DNA from: Anthoceros angustus
Lineage: Eukaryota; Plantae; Anthocerotophyta
NCBI GenBank assembly: GCA_010909165.1
Contig: MU008158.1
Span: 124,001-188,000 of the forward strand
Reading direction: 5' to 3'
DNA: 64,000 nt
The notes under the pieces are model-generated. The model did not search any database and was not told where the DNA came from. It saw nothing but the letters and a program-made list of their open reading frames with translations. A program made the translations under genes and the position numbers. This document shows, piece after piece, positions 50,851 to 62,049 of the stretch (the stretch's first letter is position 1; each line of letters begins with the position of its first letter).

Positions 50851-53800
50851 GGAGGAAGAACTTGATTAAAATGGAAGCGTTTCCGCACTTCAACATAAGC
50901 CCATTCGAACAAAAGAAGTCGCGTGCAAACGGTACTTTCCACCATGGCACGTGGACTCACGACTCGACCTCGTTGCGGGGAACGGAGCTCGAGGATGCGT
51001 CGCTGCAGCTAAAGCATCCGCTATGTGTCGACAATGGAAGCCTCCGGACACCCTATGGTGTTCTCACGAATCAAGCGTTGCGAGACATCACCAAGATGTC
51101 TCGCGAGACGCCAAATGCCACCGCCAGAGCCATCGAGTGGCATGGAACGGACTTGTGGGTCCGTGTTTGGATTACCGCTGCCCCGCAGAGAGTGCCGGGG
51201 AAGACGAGTTCAGACACCGAGATGTCTTCCGGATGGACGCCGTCCGCCGCACCCACCCGCCTTCCGCGAACGGCGGGATAGAAAGGGATGACGGTCGGTC
51301 GATATCGAGGGTTGGGGACAACGGTCGGAACGGTTCGCCCGCTGGGTGACTCCACTTCGTGCAACATTCAATGTCATATGTTTGGCGTGCATTGACATTT
51401 GTCATGCCTTGTGTCAAGAATGCAAAAAAGGCAAAACATTTCGTGCGGGCGCCACCATCGCTAGTGTGCATAACCTCCTTTATCCGCACTTTGTCTACGG
51501 AGGAAAGCGTGGAGCTCATGCTCGAAATCTCGTAGAGCTCCCAAGCGGCGAAAACAAGCTAACGGACACCGCACCCAATGGCTGCAAATCGGCCCCATGC
51601 CGCTCCCTCCCTCTCCTGTCCATGCCTCAATTGTGGATCTTCATCCGGGCATGCATCCGATGTGAACCCTCCACATCTGCAGCTTCATTCTGCCCAAACA
51701 GACGACTTAGATCGCACAACATCTCCGACTTCGTCACGCCTTTGCAAGAATTTCGCCTGGGTCTCCGGTGCCTCTTCTTCCTGGAGTCCCCTCACTGAGG
51801 GGTTGCCCGCTTGAGCGAGCCCCGCGCATTCAACCACGTCGATTTCCTCTTCCTTCACGTGGACGATGGCCTCGGACGTCGCCCCTCGCGGCTCCCTTGG
51901 CCTCGCCTTCCTTTGGACCTCCCTTCGTCCTTTCTTTCTGCGGCCTGCGGATATGAACTCCTTCCTTTCCTAACGGGTCCATGTGCTGCATCGCGACACA
52001 CATTCCGCAGACTCGGTTCCTTTTAGAGCAGGTGACCTTACGTTTTTGGGCAACAGGTGTGCGGAATTAGTAGCCTTTGTTTAATTCATGTCCATCCTCA
52101 CGGCGCTAAGACCAGCCACAATCGGAAGTTGAAGGCAATCATGACCCACGTAACACGGAAATGTCATGGATCGCGGGTTGCTTGAGGCCTGACAGCATGG
52201 AGGGCACCACTCCATACCCTCCATTCCGCCAACCACCTCACAGCGCCTGCTTTATTTCCAGCCACCAAGTGTACAGATTCAGCTTGCCGGAAAGGACATT
52301 CCGGCAAGGCGTTCCACATTACCCCCGCCGCACCTCGACCTCCGAGGTGTACACCTCCTCCCTCCACCAGCATGTCTCGCGCACGCCAAATGCCACCGCC
52401 AGACTCCGACCCCGAGCCATCGAGTGACATGGAACGCGACTTGTGGGTCCGTGTTTGGATTACCGTCAGGCTCTCGCAGCAGAGTGCCAGGGAAGACGAG
52501 TTCAGCGCTGCACACTGAGATGTCTTCCGGATGGACGCCCTCGGTCGTCGCCGGCCACACCCAATTCGCCCTTCTGGGGCGAACGATGGGATAGAAAGGG
52601 ATGACGGTCGGTCTGATATCGAGGGTTGGGGACAACGGTCGGGAACGGTTCGCCTGCTCGTGGGTGACTCCACTTCAGGCAACATTCAATGTCATATGTT
52701 TGGCAGACTGCCTGCGTACATTGACGGTGTCATGCCTTGTGTCAAGAATGCAGTGAAAGGCAAAACATTTCAGGCAGGGGCGCCACCATCGCTAGTGTGC
52801 ATAACCTCCTTTATCTGCACTTTGTCTACGGCGAGGGAAAGCGTGGAGCTCATGCTCTCGAAATCTCGGTAGAGCTCCCAAGCGGCGAAAACAAGCCCGG
52901 AAAACGGACACTGCACCCAATGGCTGCAAATCGCGTCCCATGCCGCTTCGTCCTCCCTCTCCTAGGTCCATGCCTCTGAATTGTGGATCTTCATCCACAG
53001 TGGGCGTGCATCCGATGTGAACCCTCCACATCTGCAGTTCATTCTCCAAAAGACGACTTAGAAAATCTCGACTTCTGGCCTTTGCAAGAATTTCAGTTCT
53101 GGTCTCCGGTGTGCCTCTTCTTCCCAGTGGAGTCCCCCCTCGGCCGCCTGAGGGGTTGCTGCGCCCGCTTGAGCAGAGCCCCCCGCCTCTGCGCATTCAA
53201 CCACGTCTGATTTCCTCTTTCCGTTCGCCTCACCAGGGACGATGGCCTCGGACGTACTGCCCCTCGCGGCTCCCTTCGCCTTCGTCTTCCCTTTGGACCT
53301 CCCCTTCGTCCTTTCTTTCTGCGGCCTGCGGATATGAACTCCTTCCTTTCCTAACGGGTCCATGTGCTGCATCGCGACACACATTCCGCAGACTCGGTTC
53401 CTTTTAGAGCAGGTGACCTTACGTTTTTGGGCAACAGGTGTGCGGAATTAGTAGCCTTTGTTTAATTCATGTCCATCCTCACGCGCTAAGACCGACAATC
53501 GGAAATTGAAGGCAATCATGACCCACGTAACACGGAAATCGCGGGCCGGTTGCACTGTCTGCAGACGGTATGGAGGGCACCACTCCATACCCTCCATTCC
53601 GCCAACCACCTCACAGCGCCCCTTTCTTTATTTCCAGCCACCAAGTGTCTTCGATTGCCGGAAAGGACATTCCGGCAAGGCGTTCCACATTACCCCCGCC
53701 GCACCTCGACCTCCGAGGTGTACACCTCCCTCCCTCCACCAGCATGTACCTATGAAGAGACGACCGGGGAGCGAGGACCGTGCATACCAGTCCTTGATGG

Positions 53801-55188
53801 CAGACGGAGAGCAACCTTCCGTCGTCCTTCGGGGCAATGGACGGAGAGCAACCTTCCGTCCATCGCCCTGATGGCCATCGTCGGTCGCGACGGTCCAATC
53901 CTTCATAGCCATACTCGGTGCCTATCTATAGGAGCCCACAACCTCCGCACACCGCAATGTTGGAAGGAAGATAGTTGAGCACGGAAGGAAAAGGCGGCAT
54001 GCGGGGAACCAAAAACTATTGAACGCAATGAGTGAAAGGGTGAATCCCGGGCGACACCTTGGGCGGCACAGGTCATGGACGATTCACACACACAAACTAA
54101 CCCCACGGCCGAGATCCGGCGAGGTGGTGGTCGAGACACGAACTCAAGGCGTTGGGAGGCTTCCACTTGGCCATTGGAACGGGGTTCCAAAAAGGCGAGG
54201 ATACACACGGTTGGCACAGCCACCGGGTCCTTGACGGCCATCGATTCGTGGAGGTGTCCAAAAGTGCAAGCCGGCAGTATGCCCAACCCATTCAAGATGT
54301 AGGAATGCGGAAGTCACAGATCCTGGCGGTCACATCCGTGGACACTAGGGACGAGGGCTCGGGCATACCGTGCCGCCAAGGCGGGGGCGGGGCGGGGGCG
54401 GGCGGAGGAGAGGTGGAGACGGGGTGGGGAGGGTGGAGGGGAGTGATGTGGGGTTCACGGTAGGCCTCAAAGCTGGGGAGGAGACTTAAGCAAGAGCTGG
54501 AGCTTTTCACAGTACCGTCGTGAGTCCGTAGTTAAAGCAAATCTCGGGAGAAGAGCCGATTTCTACACGCAACTGTGGCCTCCGGAACATCGGTTTACGG
54601 TTGGGAGAATCTGCGATATCGACCGTCCGTTGTGTGCGACAAGCTTGCAGAGGCAGGCATTGACGGCCACAGCGCTGACAAGCCCGTCTGCCATGGCGAC
54701 CTTTGGCGGTGGTGTCGCCCCGGCAGTGACGTGAGTAGCGGGGTTTTCAGGAGGTAAGCATAATTAACAACAGTGCCAACTGCGTACATCGAACAAGTAC
54801 AGGTATAAACCTTGACAATGGTGCAACAGCAGATGGACGGCGGCCTAGGATCATGGCAGACCACCCCAAGTGCACAGTTTTGTAATGACTGGTATGATGA
54901 CACATATTCATTTCACACCCACGCTATCCACGATGCACGGCCGTTTGCACCGAGGTGCCTCACAAGGGTGACGCACGGCGCGTCTCTCGTGGTCACCGGG
55001 ATTGTCTTTGGTCCATGATGAGTCAATGCATGTCATGGTCCTTGGATTGGGAAATGCCCATGTCATTTGTCCTTCGCCATGACATGTACATGCATGACAT
55101 GGTCCACGGACATCGCATGACTTGGGCCATGACATGTATATGCATGTCATGGGCTTGACCATGGCATGCATTTACATGTCATGGCCGA

Positions 55189-56594
55189 ACATATATAGTC
55201 ACGAATATCTCGCTCACACATAGCGGCCAAGCACATGGCATTTCGAGGGCCAAGGACAAATGCGACCTCCTGTCATTGCACAAGGATTTATTTGTCCTTG
55301 GGCCTCGACATGTTCGTGCATGTCATGGCCCATGGTCTTGTCATGTCCTTGGCCCATGACGTGCATATACATGTCATGGGCCAAGGACATGATATGACCA
55401 TGACATGCATATGCATGTCATGGTCCAAGGAAACATTTTTCCTTGGACCATGAAATGTATATGCATGTCATTGTCATGCGCATGACATTTATATAATAGC
55501 CATGGGCCAAGGACATTTATATAATTGCCATGGCCCAAGGACAAATTTGTCCTTGGGCCATGACATGTATATTACAAGGCGTTTCCTGGGCCAAGGACAA
55601 CTTTGTCCTTGGCCCATGGCAATGCATGGCATGGTCAAGACCAGGACATGAACGCCATTTCGTGGGCCAAGGACACATTGTCCTTGGCCCGTTATGCATG
55701 GCATGGTGTGGCCCAGACATAAATTCATGTCATGGGCCAAGGACAAATTGTCCGCCCAGACATGTAAATTCATGTCATGGGCGAAGGACAAATTTGTCCT
55801 TGGCACGAAAGCGATGCCACATATTGGTGTCTATATATGTATAGCACTGATGAGTGTGGTGTAGACTTCATTTGGGAGGACATGCTATTATGAGGACTTA
55901 AAACACAAGGAGCGCATGATGAGGTGGCCAAACATGCATGGGGATGGGCCTAGTTGTCATGGGCCAAGGACAACTTTGAGCTTGGCCCATGACATGTAAA
56001 TGCACGGCATGGTCTTCACCATGACATGCATATACATGCCATGGGCCAAGCTCAAAGTTGTGCTTGGCACATGACATGCATATGGATGTCATGGGCCAAG
56101 GAAAACTTTGAGCTTCGCCCATGACATGCATATGCATGTCGTGCCAGGACATGCATATGTATATATATGACATGACATGCATATACATGCCATGGGCCAA
56201 GGACAAAGTTGTCCTTGGCCCATGACATGCATATGCATGTCATGGGCCAAGGAAAACTTTGTCCGTGGCCCATGGCATGTATATGCATGTCGTGCGGAGG
56301 ACATGCATATGTATATACATGACATGGTCCAAGGAAAAATGTTTCCTTGGACCATGACATGCATATGCATGTCATGGTCATGTCATGTCCGTGGGCCATG
56401 ACATGTATATGCATGTTATGGGCCAAGGACATGACATGACCATGGGCCATGACATGGACGCACAGCTCGAGGCCCAAGGACAAATAGTTCCTTGGGCAAT
56501 GACAAGCGGTGGCATTTGTCCTTGGCCCTCGAAATGACTGTGAATGTTCTTGGCCGTCGAAATGTGTGTGCGAGAATTTGGTGACTATATATGT
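55189..56594. repeat. About 1.4-kb imperfect inverted repeat built from short palindromic units
   Basis: acatatatagtcac...gagggccaaggacaaatg (from 55189) is the reverse complement of the sequence ending at 56594; the arms consist of CATGACATGCATATGCATGTCATG and GGCCAAGGAC units. Confidence 0.9.
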
Positions 56595-56871
56595 CTACGA
56601 GTGATAAGTGTGGTCATCAGTTGATTAGGTCCCACTTGTTATAATGAGGAGTTCAGACATAAGGGGAAGGCGATGAGGTGGCAAACTTTGAATGGCGCCG
56701 CATGCGCATGGCGGGCATGCGCATCGCACGATGTCCGGAGACATGGCCTATTACTTCATGACCGTCAAGTGTTACTTCCACTTGCATCTTTTCAATCGTC
56801 ACCTTGCGGTTGCAATTCTTTTTGTCTCGGTTCGCTCCTGTTCAGGCTTTCGACTTTGCGCGGTTACAAAG

Positions 56872-58569
56872 ATGGTGTGGGACGTGGACTTCGAGGATTT
56901 GGATGAGGCTGTCCGCCTAAGCCTGGCACCGACTTCAACCTGCCGTGACACACCCGCCGGTGAAGATGGCGTTCCGGCCGCGCAGTCAAAGGAGGGCGTC
57001 ACGCCGTCTGCAGGCAGTGGCAATGGCGACTATGGCGACAGCGCGGCTGGTGGTGGGCAAGCACTCGAGTGAAAGGGACCACGTGCGCGGCAGCTGGTCA
57101 TGGAAGTGTCACGGCTCCGGCGGTGGGAAACGGCGAAGCCCGGGAGGTGGAAACGGTGGGTGGACCCATAGAGGCCGGGCGGCTCCATCCGAGGCAGCGG
57201 GGAGGCGTGGCGGAGGGTGGCACAGTGACAACACAGCGCCACCATGAAGATGGGCAGGCAAGTGTCCCTTCCAAGGTTGCGGAGGAGGCAGGTGATGGCG
57301 ATGCCCAGCAAGTTGCCCCTGTCGAGGGTGGGGATGGGAAGGAAGATGCTTCCCACCATCAACCCCCCGGGAGGAGCGCACCGCTCCTATGGGCATTCTT
57401 GGCTGCTCAGGGGTTTTGGTCCTCTGGAGTGGCAGGAGGTGGCCCTTCCCGTGGAGCAGGTGGCTGGTCCTCGGGATGAGCGAACATCGGTCCCCCGCCC
57501 TTGTGGCATGGATGCCCTAGCAAGTGCGCCTACTGGGGCCGCCCATCCCGCCTCCGGAAGCGTGGACCACTTGCCTATGCCGACGGCAATGCGAGCGAGG
57601 TGCACGCGAGCCAAGGAGAGGAAGGGCATGCTCCCGACCTCCACTGTGAAGAACAACTGGATGTGGGAGATGAGGACAGGGTTGAGGGGGCAAGCCAGCC
57701 AGAGGCCGAGACGGCCGACTCCGAGGCGGATGGAAATGGCGAGGACGAGGACAATTGCGAGGATGAGGCTGAGGTGGGTGATATGGAAGAACGGGTGGCG
57801 ACGTCCCCCACCACCGCAACTCCGGCAGAGATAGGAGAACTCACCACAGTACGGCGGTAAGCAACTCGGCAGCGTCATTCTTTGTGTGTGCTCCACAGGC
57901 GGGAGGAGTGTTTATGGTATCGGCCGCTGCGATGGAGGTTGGGTCGAAAATGAGGATCGGTGTGGAGGATGAAGAAGCACTGTTGAGGAGGGCCTTCCAT
58001 CAGCGTGTCTTGGAGCTAGTGTGTGCGAAGATGACGTTGATGGTGCCGTGGACAAGCCATGACGAGAGTTTGAGGGAGAGGCTGGTGAGTATGGTAGAGG
58101 TTGAGTTTCCAGGTATCGACCGGATGAGATTGTGGCAAGGTTTGCAGGTGCATCACGGACAAGGAACCACAACGTAGGGAAGAAGGTGAGGCAAGCTGCA
58201 TTGATATGGAGGGAGAAGGGTAAGGATGCGAAATGGCTCCATCCGCCGAATGTCACGAAGGCATGGAGGAAGGCCGTGGGCGGGGGTGGTTACGTTGCAC
58301 AAGAATGGGGGGGTGTGGCCAACACCTCGCAGCGCCGCGTCGCAAGGCCGGCAAAGCATGATCAAGGGACCAATCCCTTTGGTCCACTAGGGGCGAAAGA
58401 TTTTGAAAGGAAGTTCGTGCAACGGTGGGGAGGGAGCGCAACGGTAGAGGAGCTGCGGTGGGCAGCGAGGAATGGCTTGGAGAACATGCCGGAGTATTGG
58501 AGAGGTAAGGGAAAAGGCATGACGGTGGCAGTGAGAGGGCAAGTGGGCGAGGCAACGCTTGTCGACTGA
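56872..58569 (+). pseudogene. TnpA-like (Transposase_24-like) gene 2, low-complexity N-terminus, frameshifted
   Basis: HQRVLELVCAKMTLMVPWTSHDESLRERLVSMVEVEFP; KWLHPPNVTKAWRKAV...SQRR..HDQG..GPLG..F; visibly homologous to gene 1. Confidence 0.55.
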
Positions 58570-59649
58570 TGTGATCACCTGGAGTGGCATGTGCAGGATG
58601 CTTGGAGACGGGAATGCAAGAGGGAAGCAATGGACAGAGGCGAGGGGACAGTACACATGCAGGCGTTGAAGAGGGTGGGGGGGACAACGAGGGAGAGGGA
58701 GGGAAGACAGTTGCTGGTGGGCAGCTGGAAGAAGGGGGACAACAATGGAAGTGGTGGCACCGACACGGAGGATCACACGGAGCGTGTCGAAAAGTGTAAG
58801 TGCAAATGTGTAACATGTCATGCAAATGGCGTAATGGCGAAAAATTGCGTGCTTTGTTGCAGCCATGGTGGTCGAAAAGAAGGAAGCTGTGGAAGGATGT
58901 GTGGGAAAGCAGAGCGTGAGGCGTGAGCAAGGGAAGAGAAAGCGGGCACCAAGCATGACACCAACAAGCAAAGGAAGAAAACGGGTTCTACACGGAAGAA
59001 GAAGAAGAATCCTCCGAGGACAACCAATGAGTGTAGGGGTGTCTGCAAGAAGCCTAAGTAGCATAGGATTTAGTTTTATGTAGGAAGAAAGTGAGGGCTT
59101 CGATGAGTTAGCGCCATCTAGATGAATGTGTGGTTGGAGCGCTGGTGATGTGAAGGCGAAAGGGAGAAGCTTGTGGCTCGAATCGATGACTCAAGAATAC
59201 AATTGTGACATTGCCGCTTTTGTGACACAAGCGAGAATTGGTAGGTGTGGGTTGAAGCACGATTGCTAGGTTTCGCATGTGTGAAAAGACGACCAGACGG
59301 GTTGGGGAAACGACGACGCCATTGCTCATGGGTACCGGACAAAAGCATGGGATTAGTCCTCATGTACCACCCTTTCCCAATTTCGTGACATCAAGGTATG
59401 TATGTATAAAGGAACCTAGTTGTCCATGCACTCGCGTTGGTGGAGTGGAGGAGGCATGGTGACGAACAAGCGGTCATGTTCGGTTAAGTCAAACGATTTT
59501 GCAACGCAAGAACAAGAGGTAACGGAGGCGCCAAGAATGCGATAGCAAAGACCAAAGAAGAGAACGATTGCGGTCAAGAATGCGACCAGACAAGATATAT
59601 CCGTGTAATGGAAATAAAAATCAGATAATCCGGTGTTCATGTACAAATA

Positions 59650-59880
59650 CCTACCTACAAGTAGGTACCAGACGTATGAAGGTAAATCCAGATTCTACAA
59701 GTAGGTACCAGACGTATGAAGGTAAATCCAGATTCTACAAGTAGGTACTGACGTATGAAGGTAATGTGTATTCTATCTCTCAAGATATCGTGCAAAAGCC
59801 ATAAACAAATAGTATACAAGCCAATAATAGCTATGGTAAGCCATAAACAATTAGTATACAAGCCAATAATAGCTATGGTA
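59650..59880. repeat. Short tandem repeats (40-bp unit about 3 copies; 42-43-bp unit 2 copies) in the right arm of the CACTA
   Basis: aagtaggtaccagacgtatgaaggtaaatccagattctac; agccataaacaa.tagtatacaagccaataatagctatggta. Confidence 0.85.
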
Positions 59881-60345
59881 GGGAAAAAAGGTTGATATAG
59901 GAATTATGGCTGTCAGGTGGTAGAGGAAGGAGACAATTAATGAGAGACAATTAATGAGCATGTTACTGTGATATCCAGGTTTGGGCGCCATTAACAATAG
60001 TTGTGAAGAGAGAGTGCAATGAAGAGCAATAGGAAAAACATTAACTAATTGTACTTCCAATGGGGTGTAATAAAGAGGGGGACTGATAGAGAAGAGAGAG
60101 AGGGGTCCTTGTTACAGTCATGTTGCATTTGCATGAGGGAATTCATAAACAATGCGTATGAGAGAGGGGATGTAGTTAAGAGGGTGAAGTGGTAGGAGAG
60201 AGAGCAAGGTTCGTGTTAAGATTGTAGGCCCAATGCGGAAAGAAATGACAAACTTAATACCAAGCCTCCAAATGATGTTGCAAGTTACAAGTGTAACATA
60301 AAATTGCAACAACGACTGTAACATAGGGGGCCATTTCTAGTAGGG

Positions 60346-60433
60346 TTTAGGGTTTAGGGTTTAGGGTTTAGGGTTTAGGGTTTAGGGTTTAGGGTTTAGG
60401 GTTTAGGGTTTAGGGTTTAGGGTTTAGGGTTTA
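60346..60433 (+). repeat. Interstitial plant telomere array (TTTAGGG)12 plus TTTA
   Basis: 12 perfect units at 60346-60429, directly after the TIR end TAGGG. Confidence 0.98.
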
Positions 60434-60754
60434 CCTCAGGTATCTACTGCAGATGCCATTTTTCCTCTTTGGTATTTTTGGGTTAGCTACTCCCAAAATT
60501 ACTAAGATTCGGTGATGGCTTTGCAGGGGTTAGAAGACTCAAGACTTCAAACATGTAATGCACATGCGGCTCGATTCTGATATGTTGTGACATCGAGTCA
60601 TCGTCTGATTCTAGCGTCGACTCTTGTTGTTGAATTCTGTTTCTGATTTTCTGATTTCTAATCTCCCACTTATTGTAAGCATATATAGAGCAGGATGGAC
60701 AAGAATTAGGACTTCCAAACATATGTTTTTACTTGTTTTCGTTGCATGCTTGAG

Positions 60755-61174
60755 CTACACCTCCTGTCTGAGGTTAGCAAGCAAAGATGGTTTTAACAAG
60801 GTAAGAAGCTTGAAATCCAAGTGACTTATCTGCTCTTGCAAATCTCTCAAGTCTACACTGTTAGCAGATACCTTGTGCATGATACTACTAAAGCGTGTGT
60901 CCACATGTTGCTGATGTGACTCAATCCTGTTCACTAACTGTGCAACACTGGCAGGTGGAGAGACATGCGTTGTTAGAAAACCTCTAGGGTTACCATTCCC
61001 ATCAAAGGCTCTCTGAACACGAACTTCTGGGAGATTGTCAGGATTGCGGGGTGGAAGGGCAACCACCAAGTGGCGCTGTTCAGGATAAATCACTTCAATC
61101 AAGGTATTGAAAGATTCCCTTACTTCAAGTGCAAGGACAGGCTGGTCTTGTATTGTAGCAATCCATTCGGTCAC
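60755..61174 (-). CDS. Unknown ORF in the copia-3 leader, sense to gag, with a possible coiled-coil C-terminus
   Basis: 139-codon open frame with protein-like composition between PBS and gag; no motif recognised. Confidence 0.4.
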   Translation of the reverse strand: MTEWIATIQDQPVLALEVRESFNTLIEVIYPEQRHLVVALPPRNPDNLPEVRVQRAFDGNGNPRGFLTTHVSPPASVAQLVNRIESHQQHVDTRFSSIMHKVSANSVDLRDLQEQISHLDFKLLTLLKPSLLANLRQEV

Positions 61175-61645
61175 ATGTTGATGAAGCTGACCAGCAATTG
61201 CGTTTCTTGCAGCTTGTGCTCCTTGCCTCCTGCGGCGATTTTGAGGTTGTGGAATCGCTCAGCAGGGCGAGGCTGCCACTGGTGCCCGACCAATTGATTG
61301 GCCATTCATCAGGCCAAATTTTTGTGTTGTTAAATGTTCATTGTATTTATATAAATATGTCTAACAATCTACCTGCAGATTAGGTAGTTGTCCTAGCGCA
61401 TATCTCCTGAGATTGCTTTAAAAAGCAATCCAGGAAAAATGCGCCAGGATCACTTCCTTAATTTGCCAGGAATTGTTGGATTTTTATATAAATAAACAAC
61501 AAAAAATATGTTCTTTAAAAGTTTTGTTTTCTTGATCAAGAAAACATTTTTCTAAATCAAAAGAACAACAAAACTTTACGTAAATGCATTCTTTTTAAAT
61601 GCATTCTGTAATATGCATCAAATAACATGAAGATTGCATATAACA

Positions 61646-61657
61646 GCTGCGATACCA
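61646..61657 (-). promoter_or_regulatory. Variant PBS (tRNA-iMet-like) of copia-3
   Basis: TGGTATCGCAGC immediately after the 5' LTR. Confidence 0.75.
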
Positions 61658-61887
61658 TTTTAAATTATAAGAATATGCAGATTAAATCAACATGTTAATC
61701 AATTACATCTGAAATGTATATTAAAGAACATTGACGAATGAGTTCTGAAAGTGAGTTTTTAAATAAACTCAAAAGACACGTCTAATGGGCGTAACCCTAA
61801 CCAAACGTTGTGACTTATTAATCTCACTTAAGCTAACCAAACGTGCCCTAAATATAATCAGCATAGATATGCGAATACTCTTTAACA
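61658..61887 (-). repeat. 5' LTR of copia-3 (230 bp)
   Basis: Matches 34579-34809. Confidence 0.93.
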
Positions 61888-62049
61888 TGAGTGCTATGCC
61901 CTAGGTGTTGCGGCCGTTGCTAGGCCCTAGATGTTTGCGATTGATTGATGGTTCGGTTGATTGTGTGATTGTTGTGAGCTCTATTACATGTTCGTGAGTC
62001 CATTTTCATCTCTGATTCTTTGCTTATACGCTTTTCGGTTGGGCTTCTT

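Larger units (their letters stand above)
41449..60345. mobile_element. CACTA/CMC-superfamily DNA transposon, 18.9 kb, with CCCTA termini
   Basis: 29-bp TIRs match 27/29 (CCCTACTAGAAAAGGCCGCCTATGTTACA at 41449-41477; inverse at 60317-60345). TGTTGCAA/TGTTACA subterminal motifs at both ends. Tnp2 and TnpA-like genes inside. Confidence 0.88.
34579..61887 (-). mobile_element. Full-length Ty1/copia element (copia-3) with a nested CACTA and telomere array
   Basis: LTRs at 34579-34809 and 61658-61887; 5-bp TSD TGAGT (34574-34578, 61888-61892); PBS next to the 5' LTR; PPT next to the 3' LTR; gag-PR-INT-RT-RH. Confidence 0.93.

Noticed and set aside
55235-56483. Many short Met/Cys/His-rich ORFs
   Set aside because: Products of the CATG-rich palindrome units.
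60346-60433. True chromosome end
   Set aside because: The array is only 12 units and is followed by the rest of the same copia element, whose LTR and TSD match the left side.
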